Source: an uncultured virus (IMG/VR IMGVR_UViG_3300048799_000004)
Taxonomy: Duplodnaviria; Heunggongvirae; Uroviricota; Caudoviricetes
Reading direction: 5' to 3' (one strand)
Virus record (IMG/VR): IMGVR_UViG_3300048799_000004
DNA length: 20,000 nucleotides
Positions 14,419 through 20,000 of this stretch are shown piece after piece (within the stretch, counting starts at the first letter, position 1; each line of letters opens with the position of its first letter). The position numbers and the translations under genes are program-made. The notes under the pieces are model-generated. The model worked only from the letters and a program-made list of their open reading frames with translations, made no database searches and was not told the origin of the DNA.

Positions 14419-14630
14419 GCGACCCTCCGTACAACGCTTATGAAGTTCCTGCTGTCTACGACCTGGGGATTGCCCCGGCCGACGTTGACGCAAACATGAT
14501 CCTGGAACACGAGGTACTTGATGACGGTGCCCTTCGCTGCCTTGTACTCGGGACCGTTGCGGCCTATGCCGTTGGGCATGCGGAAGCGAACCGTGTCGCC
14601 AGCGTTGAGGTCTTGGAAGGTGTTGTTCAT
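14415..14630 (-). CDS. Small beta-rich (SH3/KOW-like) hypothetical protein
   Basis: LNAGDTVRF...AKGTVIK...VCVN...VDSRNF pattern; coupled overlaps. Confidence 0.6.
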   Translation of the reverse strand: MNNTFQDLNAGDTVRFRMPNGIGRNGPEYKAAKGTVIKYLVFQDHVCVNVGRGNPQVVDSRNFISVVRRVA

Positions 14631-14875
14631 GATCGAGCCATCGCTATGCGGCGATCCTCGGCAGTTGCTAGGCGTTGGTCGCGCGCGCCTTCCGCGTATC
14701 CGTCCCAGCGGGCATCCTCGATCTTATTGTTGGCGCGTGACCGAGCGAACACCGCGCGGGCCTCGAACCAGAGCTTTGAGCCTATCGGGGCTAACCCGGC
14801 GAGGATCATGGCAGCATAACCCGTGGTCATCTGCTCGCGCGTCTCGCTGCGCCCCGTTTCGTAGTAACTCTTCAT
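14627..14875 (-). CDS. Hypothetical protein
   Basis: GGAGG SD; heads the ATGA chain. Confidence 0.6.
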   Translation of the reverse strand: MKSYYETGRSETREQMTTGYAAMILAGLAPIGSKLWFEARAVFARSRANNKIEDARWDGYAEGARDQRLATAEDRRIAMARS

Positions 14876-14913
14876 TGGCTGTTGCCTCCAAGTTGTGAGA
14901 TTAGATTATAACC

Positions 14914-15123
14914 CTATTCGACCTTCGATATCAACCCGCCCTTCATTGTGACGCGGGCGAAGAACTCGCGGCCCTTGCCGGTCATGTGCGGGCGGTGCGC
15001 TACAGTGAGCACCCCGTCAGGGCGGTACTCGGCACCGAACATCGAGGTCTCGCGGTACTTCAGCGGCTGCCCTATTTCGGACTTCAGCAGCTTCTTTGAG
15101 TTGTACAGTACTAGAATTGTCAT
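14914..15123 (-). CDS. Hypothetical phage protein
   Basis: AGGAG SD; YNSKK.LK..IGQPL.Y.ETSMFG.EY...REFFA.VTM..G.I.KVE; first gene after a strong promoter. Confidence 0.7.
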   Translation of the reverse strand: MTILVLYNSKKLLKSEIGQPLKYRETSMFGAEYRPDGVLTVAHRPHMTGKGREFFARVTMKGGLISKVE

Positions 15124-15149
15124 TTGAGTCTCCTGGTTTATTGGTTTGG

Positions 15150-15178
15150 AGTATACGCGCTTGCTGGCTGGCTGTCAA
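15150..15178 (-). promoter_or_regulatory. Strong sigma70 promoter
   Basis: Minus strand reads TTGACA-17 nt-TATACT. Confidence 0.85.
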
Positions 15179-15179
15179 C

Positions 15180-15410
15180 CTATCCGATCCGCATGCCAGT
15201 CTTTCGAGCTAGCATCCGGCCAGTACCGTCGCACCCAAAGCAACGCCCGCAGGGGTGCTGCCCAGTCCCCTTACAGCGGCTGCAGGACACCGTGGCGGGC
15301 CCGAGGGATGAGGGGGCTACCCTATGCACTGGTACGTAGACGTCGCCTCTCAGGTCTTCCAGCTGCTCCAGGTCGGAGAAGTCTGGGTTGGCTGGGTCAC
15401 GCTGGGACAT
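15180..15410 (-). CDS. Small protein with DnaJ-type zinc finger
   Basis: CSRCKGTG and CFGCDGTG (two CxxCxGxG repeats); GGAG SD. Confidence 0.65.
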   Translation of the reverse strand: MSQRDPANPDFSDLEQLEDLRGDVYVPVHRVAPSSLGPATVSCSRCKGTGQHPCGRCFGCDGTGRMLARKTGMRIG

Positions 15411-15591
15411 TAGCGTAGATCTCCGAATTGAGCTTGCCGCCATGTATGTGGATGAACGTCTCGCCGTTCTCTACGCGCCTGCGGCCACCGGCCTGTATCA
15501 CCCGGCGCATACGGTCTTGCCATTCTGCTCGCGTCCAGCTGACATCGGCGTGGGTCTCGTAGCAATGCCCTGGGATAGGAGCGCCCCTCAC
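15397..15591 (-). CDS. Hypothetical protein
   Basis: GTG overlapping the upstream stop; start uncertain. Confidence 0.45.
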   Translation of the reverse strand: MRGAPIPGHCYETHADVSWTRAEWQDRMRRVIQAGGRRRVENGETFIHIHGGKLNSEIYANVPA

Positions 15592-15791
15592 TGGAACCAC
15601 CGCGATTGCCCGTTGGGGCATCCACAGTCACTGGACCCGAAATATGGGTGCTGCCAGTGGAAGGTGTGAAAATTCAGCGGCACGCGCGTTTGGCACCCTA
15701 CGCAGTCCTTAGTGTGCGCCTCTGTCTTAGCAAGTTGGTCCAGCACGCGCTGGCGCTTGAAGAAGCCAAAGTCGTAGATTTTAGCTGTCAT
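15588..15791 (-). CDS. Hypothetical Cys/His-containing protein
   Basis: GGAG SD; CVGC and CGC motifs. Confidence 0.55.
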   Translation of the reverse strand: MTAKIYDFGFFKRQRVLDQLAKTEAHTKDCVGCQTRVPLNFHTFHWQHPYFGSSDCGCPNGQSRWFQ

Positions 15792-15794
15792 GAT

Positions 15795-15905
15795 TTAAAC
15801 TCCGCACCATTGGGCGCAACTGTTTTCCGTTTGCATTACAAGGTAAAGAAACACGACCGTGAGTATCGCGATCATGATGCCGTAGAGGATCTTGCGTGTG
15901 CTCAT
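15795..15905 (-). CDS. Single-pass membrane microprotein (36 aa)
   Basis: Manual translation MSTRKILYGIMIAILTVVFLYLVMQTENSCAQWCGV; ATGA coupling. Confidence 0.55.
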   Translation of the reverse strand: MSTRKILYGIMIAILTVVFLYLVMQTENSCAQWCGV

Positions 15906-16084
15906 GATGTTGTCCCGCACTCTCGTGAGATGATATGTATTTCGTTCATCAGGTCTCCATGACCTAATACCAGATCGGCGCTAAACTGTGCGCGCATGCG
16001 CTCGCACTGTGCCTCATGCTTTTCGCGTGGTGACTCGGTCGCGCAGCCCGTGAGCAGCAGCGCGAGCAGGGTGAGTGTCTTCAT
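15902..16084 (-). CDS. Small lipoprotein (60 aa)
   Basis: MKTLTLLALLLTG-C lipobox; GGAG SD. Confidence 0.7.
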   Translation of the reverse strand: MKTLTLLALLLTGCATESPREKHEAQCERMRAQFSADLVLGHGDLMNEIHIISRECGTTS

Positions 16085-16086
16085 GC

Positions 16087-16440
16087 CTAGTACTCCGAGG
16101 GTAAGAGGATCGTCTTGTTGATGAACCAGAGCGTGATTCCTGGGGCCGGGAAGTCCGTGAACTCGATGTCCTGGGTGGTGATAGCCTTGCCGTCGCCATC
16201 CTCGCAGATTGCCTTGGCCGCGTTGCCGTTGTAAGTGACTTCGAGCTTCCACACCTGGAACTCTTCCTTGCGCACCTTCTTGTCGAGCTGGTGCGAGAAG
16301 ATCAGATCGAGCAGCCAGTAGCCGCCCGTTGTGTCCGCGACGTATTTGACACCGTCAGTGAATACGATTCCGCCCAGGTGGCGGTACAGATTCTCGGTGC
16401 CGGTGAAGCCGGACATGATGCTGGGGTTTAGTTCGCTCAT
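16087..16440 (-). CDS. DUF6876-like conserved protein
   Basis: FTGTENLYRH...FTDGVKYVA...YWLLD.I.S.Q...FQVWKL...EDGDG...QDIEFTDFP...ILLPSEY; AGGAG SD. Confidence 0.8.
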   Translation of the reverse strand: MSELNPSIMSGFTGTENLYRHLGGIVFTDGVKYVADTTGGYWLLDLIFSHQLDKKVRKEEFQVWKLEVTYNGNAAKAICEDGDGKAITTQDIEFTDFPAPGITLWFINKTILLPSEY

Positions 16441-16499
16441 GATTGATCTCCTGGTTTGTATCCTCGATGCCCCTCGTGAGAAGGGCACCTGGGATACTG

Positions 16500-16706
16500 C
16501 TATCCGATTGTGTTGACGTGGCTCGGGTCGCCGCAGAGGAAGCTCTCGATGGCGATGTTGAGGCTGTCCATCAGGCGATCCGCATCGCCGAAGTGGTTCG
16601 AGCTGGCGATCACCCTGTCGCCGGACTGTACGTGATAGGTCTCACTCTTGTCAGTGAAGACCTGGGTGACCACGCGGAAGGCGCGGACGTAGTTCATGTT
16701 GGGCAT
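16500..16706 (-). CDS. Hypothetical protein
   Basis: GGAG SD; start overlaps the upstream stop. Confidence 0.55.
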   Translation of the reverse strand: MPNMNYVRAFRVVTQVFTDKSETYHVQSGDRVIASSNHFGDADRLMDSLNIAIESFLCGDPSHVNTIG

Positions 16707-17173
16707 CACTTGATCTCCGTGGCTACGATGTGACCGTGGGTGCGCGCGGCGAGCTTCTGCGCTAAGTCCAGGCGGCTGCACCAGCCAGCGCACCCGTAGA
16801 AACTTTTGCCATCGCTCGATACGTGCGAGTTTTTCATTGAGTCATCGAAGGCTTCGATGGACTCAGAGATGTGGCCCAGCTCACCCAGGGCGATCCATGC
16901 CTTGGCGTTTGAGATGGATTCCCAGACCATCCGCTTGTGGTCCTCCTCACTGCGGTAGGAAGGCTTCGCGAAGAACTCGCAAGTGCCGTCTACCCAGGAC
17001 TGGAAGTAGGCGAGGTTGCGCTTCCAGTTCTTGCTCGCTTCGAGACCGCGCTCGGTGCGTGCCTGGGCGATGTCCCACTGGTTGATGACCGCGTGTGAGT
17101 AGCGCTTGCTGACGCTGCCCCGCTTGAAGACGCAACCGTCGATGGTCGCGGTGTGTTTGAGGTTCTGCGCCAT
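16706..17173 (-). CDS. Hypothetical phage protein
   Basis: GGGAG SD before MAQNLKH; FKRGS..RYSHAV and GWCSRLDLAQK motifs. Confidence 0.7.
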   Translation of the reverse strand: MAQNLKHTATIDGCVFKRGSVSKRYSHAVINQWDIAQARTERGLEASKNWKRNLAYFQSWVDGTCEFFAKPSYRSEEDHKRMVWESISNAKAWIALGELGHISESIEAFDDSMKNSHVSSDGKSFYGCAGWCSRLDLAQKLAARTHGHIVATEIK

Positions 17174-17174
17174 G

Positions 17175-17270
17175 TTATTTGACTCCCGCGACCCAGAGGA
17201 TCGCTTTGAGGATGGCTGCATCGATGCGGCCTACGAGGGTGTTGAGGGTTCGTGCTTGTGAGTATGTCAT
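17175..17270 (-). CDS. Possible 31-aa first gene of the leftward operon
   Basis: AAGGA SD; MTYSQARTLNTLVGRIDAAILKAILWVAGVK; stop 1 nt before the next ATG. Confidence 0.5.
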   Translation of the reverse strand: MTYSQARTLNTLVGRIDAAILKAILWVAGVK

Positions 17271-17297
17271 CTGTCTTTCCTTGTGGTCGTTGCGGCA

Positions 17298-17326
17298 ACG
17301 ATACTCGCGTCCCGGCCAGAAGTCAA
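17298..17326 (-). promoter_or_regulatory. sigma70 promoter driving the leftward operon
   Basis: Minus strand reads TTGACT-17 nt-TATCGT. Confidence 0.7.
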
Positions 17327-17349
17327 GTTTCCGACCTATTGTCAAACCG

Positions 17350-17358
17350 TGCTATGAT
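17350..17358 (+). promoter_or_regulatory. Extended -10 element (TGcTATGAT) for the second structural operon
   Basis: Divergent from the 17298-17326 promoter; same context as 2414-2433. Confidence 0.5.
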
Positions 17359-17434
17359 AGACGTAACGGCAAAATCGCGGTAATCCGCGCGCGTCTTCCC
17401 CCGCGTACAGGGCAAATAAAAGTGAGATAAATCA

Positions 17435-18202
17435 ATGGCTACCCCGTTCAACGCAGGCTACACGTACCCGCAGCACCGTTTGTCAATTACGGATAACCTC
17501 CGCGCTGGCAACGCTGTTTCAGCTGCCGGACAGCTTAATGGCGTCCCGGTCGTTCTGCGTCAGTTTGAAAACCTCGGCAACGTAGGCGTCGCCGTAGCGA
17601 ACAACATCCTCACGGCATACACAGCGGCTGCCTTAGTCACTGTACCCCCGAACGCTCACCCGATTGGCGGATCACTCGCAGTTCCGGCCAACAGCACAAC
17701 TGGCGGCTTAGTCGCAACGATGGACTTCCCGCGCACGGTATCTGTAGTCAGTAACAACGCCGGGGACACGACCCAGACGGTTCTGATATCAGGGTTTGAC
17801 TATTACGGCGCAGCGATGTCCCAGCTCCTCTCCCTAAACGGTGAAACGGCTGTGGTCACGCTCAAGGCGTTCATGTCTGTAGCCTCGATCACGTTCTCGG
17901 CTCTCACAGCTGGCGCGGTCACGGTAGGCACGGGCGCGGCAATCGGCCTCTCATACCTACTCGCGACGGGAAACATCCCGGTCGGTAGCTACGTGACCAC
18001 GAGCACTGGGGTAGCGGCGGCTGATGCTGGCACGGTTGTGGTCCCTGACCCGACTTCCCCGGCAACGAACCTCACTGGTGACGTTCGGGGCACCTACCTC
18101 CCGGCAACGACCGAGGCAGCGGCAACGACGACTTTCTACTTGGAGTATGTGACCCTTGGAGGCCCGACGAACGCACAGGCGTTTGGTGTCACCCAGGCAT
18201 AA
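17435..18202 (+). CDS. Putative virion structural protein
   Basis: A/T/G/V-rich beta protein; DFPRTVSV...TVLISGFDYYG..MSQ...KAF.SV.SI...TGDVRGTY motif recalled from genes after the capsid in related phages. Confidence 0.7.
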   Translation: MATPFNAGYTYPQHRLSITDNLRAGNAVSAAGQLNGVPVVLRQFENLGNVGVAVANNILTAYTAAALVTVPPNAHPIGGSLAVPANSTTGGLVATMDFPRTVSVVSNNAGDTTQTVLISGFDYYGAAMSQLLSLNGETAVVTLKAFMSVASITFSALTAGAVTVGTGAAIGLSYLLATGNIPVGSYVTTSTGVAAADAGTVVVPDPTSPATNLTGDVRGTYLPATTEAAATTTFYLEYVTLGGPTNAQAFGVTQA

Positions 18203-18205
18203 GAA

Positions 18206-18268
18206 CGTATCAGAAATATGCCGGTTCGTATCAGTTTCGAGCCGGTTTATATCTGAATCGTCACGGTT
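18206..18268. repeat. Three tandem imperfect 21-bp direct repeats
   Basis: CGTATCAGAAATATGCCGGTT / CGTATCAGTTTCGAGCCGGTT / TATATCTGAATCGTCACGGTT. Confidence 0.75.
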
Positions 18269-18274
18269 ACAATG

Positions 18275-18287
18275 AATCAATGACTTA
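18275..18287 (+). promoter_or_regulatory. IHF-binding consensus
   Basis: AATCAATGACTTA matches WATCAANNNNTTR. Confidence 0.55.
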
Positions 18288-18333
18288 CCCGTACAGGAAC
18301 CGATTACTGTAGGGGGTCGGAGTAGAGAAAATC

Positions 18334-18561
18334 ATGAGCACACCCACTAGCACCATCCAGGCGGATCTCGCCAAGCTCACGGCCGATTTATCGTTCGCCG
18401 CTGTGCCCGCAACAGTCGCGAATGTCCCCTACGTTTCGGCGACTGCGCCTACGCTAGGTGAGGCTCAAGCGATGGTTGCAGACCTCGAAGCGCGTGTAGG
18501 CACTATCGAGAAGCATCTGGGCATAGCGACACAGCGCGTCAAGACAGGATTTGCACAGTAA
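18334..18561 (+). CDS. Hypothetical protein (75 aa)
   Basis: GGAG upstream; coiled-coil-like C-terminus; TAATG coupling to the next gene. Confidence 0.65.
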   Translation: MSTPTSTIQADLAKLTADLSFAAVPATVANVPYVSATAPTLGEAQAMVADLEARVGTIEKHLGIATQRVKTGFAQ

Positions 18562-19772
18562 TGCGCCGCCTGCATCTCATCGCATCCCCCATCACGTCGA
18601 ACGCTGCAGGCTTCGCAGTCGGCGCAGCGCCGGTTGCCGGAGTACCCTGGACCCTGACTGCGGCCCCCTCTGTGACGAATCCTACCGGTCAGACGTATGT
18701 GTCGGCGAGCCCGGTACTGTTCACCCCCTCGGATGCGAGCGTCATTGGCGCTATCACGGTCACGGGATTGGATCGAAGCGGGAATACCATCGTCGAGGTC
18801 ATCCCCTCCGCAACGGCTCAGGGTGCCACTGCATTCAGCACAAATGCTCTATTCGCCACGGTCACGGCTATCGTAGCCTCGGGCAGTTCAGCTGGCGCGA
18901 CATTCGTCATCACGGCCGTTCAGACCGGATCCCCGGCGCTGTACCTTGGCACGATCACTGGCTTCGCTGCCCTGGTCGGTCAGGATGTCACCTTCTCAGG
19001 ATTCGCCAATGCGGCGAACAATGGCACGTTCACGGTCACGGCCGCGACCGCCGCTCATATCGGTGTGGTCAATGCCTCGGCTGTCGCAGAGACTGATCCC
19101 ACTACCCTCACACTCACGGCAGTCGCGTATGCTGCTGGCAACAACACGTACACAGGCACCATCACGGGTGGTGGCACGAATAACTTCGCTGGTGCGACCA
19201 TAGTCGTTGCTGGTTTCGCCAACGCCGGGAACAACGGCACGTTCACGGTTGTGAGTAATTCCACGACAGTCATCGTTGTCGCGGACGCGGCTGGCGTCAC
19301 AGAGTCGCACGCAGCTACAGCCAAATATGGCACGACTGCATCAGCAGCGGCTGGCGGTGGATACACCATCGAAGCAGGCTGGGGCGGAACGAACTACTCA
19401 CCTTGGCTGTGCGCTGGGTTCCGGCGCGCTTCAGTCTCGGCAGCTGTACTAAGTTCGGGCAACTACAACATCGAGAGCACGGATCAGAACTTCCTCGATC
19501 CGTACTCGTACCAGTACTACGCGTCGCCTAACAACCTTACGAATAATCCTAACTGGCCTGTACTCCAAGGTCAGCCAAACCAGAGCGGTTATGAGGATGA
19601 CGGCACGTTCTCAGGCAGCTCGCTAATGTCGAATGCTCTATCGCTGGCTGCACCGGCAACGGCTGCACTCACGGTTGGCTTCGTCACGCCTACACCGCAG
19701 ATGCATTTCGCATACCGCATTGTGACCACGACTGCTGAAGTGCAGCTCGATGTGAACGTAGAGCGCGCATAG
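18561..19772 (+). CDS. Putative virion fibre/decoration protein with internal duplicated domain
   Basis: A/T/G-rich beta protein with two ~65-aa repeats containing GFANA.NNGTFTV. Confidence 0.7.
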   Translation: MRRLHLIASPITSNAAGFAVGAAPVAGVPWTLTAAPSVTNPTGQTYVSASPVLFTPSDASVIGAITVTGLDRSGNTIVEVIPSATAQGATAFSTNALFATVTAIVASGSSAGATFVITAVQTGSPALYLGTITGFAALVGQDVTFSGFANAANNGTFTVTAATAAHIGVVNASAVAETDPTTLTLTAVAYAAGNNTYTGTITGGGTNNFAGATIVVAGFANAGNNGTFTVVSNSTTVIVVADAAGVTESHAATAKYGTTASAAAGGGYTIEAGWGGTNYSPWLCAGFRRASVSAAVLSSGNYNIESTDQNFLDPYSYQYYASPNNLTNNPNWPVLQGQPNQSGYEDDGTFSGSSLMSNALSLAAPATAALTVGFVTPTPQMHFAYRIVTTTAEVQLDVNVERA

Positions 19773-19773
19773 T

Positions 19774-20000
19774 GTGGCGGCGTCTACCATCGTCACTAGC
19801 GGCACCTGGAACTTCAGCCCGGAAGTAGCTGCATACATCTCGGAGTCAGTCGAGCGCTGTGGGATCAACCCGGCGTCTATGGATGTCGAGCATCTGATCT
19901 CAATTCGTCGTTCGCTCAACTTCATGTTCGCAGCGTGGACAGCGCGCGGCTTTAAGCAGCCCTGGATGACGACGTACTCAGTGACGCTCACGCAGGGACA
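19774..20000 (+). CDS. Putative head-tail adaptor protein (3' end outside window)
   Basis: Manual translation MAASTIVTSGTWNFSPEVAAYISESVERCG...IRRSLNFMFAAW..RG; matches the TSGT..F...I.EA.ERCG...ARRSLN....W.NRG adaptor pattern; not in the ORF track because it has no stop. Confidence 0.7.
   Translation, partial: MAASTIVTSGTWNFSPEVAAYISESVERCGINPASMDVEHLISIRRSLNFMFAAWTARGFKQPWMTTYSVTLTQG

Noticed and set aside
15795..16084. Rz/Rz1 spanin pair
   Set aside because: The membrane peptide lacks a periplasmic coiled-coil, the gene order is reversed, and no holin or endolysin is adjacent.
17360..17434. c-di-GMP-I or other riboswitch in the 5' UTR (GGCAAA plus CGCGG-TAAT-CCGCG hairpin)
   Set aside because: Lacks the GNRA-capped P2 and GCAAAG junction of the GEMM motif; only a short hairpin is supportable.
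18206..18268. Mini-CRISPR array
   Set aside because: Period is only 21 bp with ~6-nt variable segments, far too short for spacers; no cas genes in the window.
19002..19249. DGR template/variable repeat pair
   Set aside because: Both copies are in-frame in one gene, the four mismatches are not at adenines, and no reverse transcriptase is visible.

Overview
A 20-kb segment of a tailed dsDNA phage or prophage, probably podovirus-like. Its host is probably Gram-negative, judging by lipoboxes, a beta-signal-type secreted protein and sigma70 promoters. Positions 1-5.7 kb hold the head module: portal C-terminus, GroES-like co-chaperonin, SLOG/DUF2493, a frameshifted endonuclease VII, a scaffold-like protein, two conserved head-region genes and the major capsid protein. 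About 11.7 kb of accessory DNA then separates the capsid gene from the remaining virion genes (17.4-20 kb). This accessory DNA contains an HNH endonuclease and a tRNA cluster (tRNA-Asn, an initiator/elongator-chimeric tRNA-CAT and a degenerate tRNA-like element). It also carries an apparent surface-glycan cassette (processive GT2 synthase, a ~6-strand beta-barrel-like secreted protein and two paralogous 'MRWP' membrane microproteins, followed by ASCH and PQ-loop-like genes), a run of envelope-targeted genes, and a leftward early-type cluster of small ORFs under near-consensus sigma70 promoters. A non-coding site at 18.2-18.3 kb has three phased 21-bp repeats next to an IHF consensus. All protein assignments are from motif recognition by eye; no database search was run.
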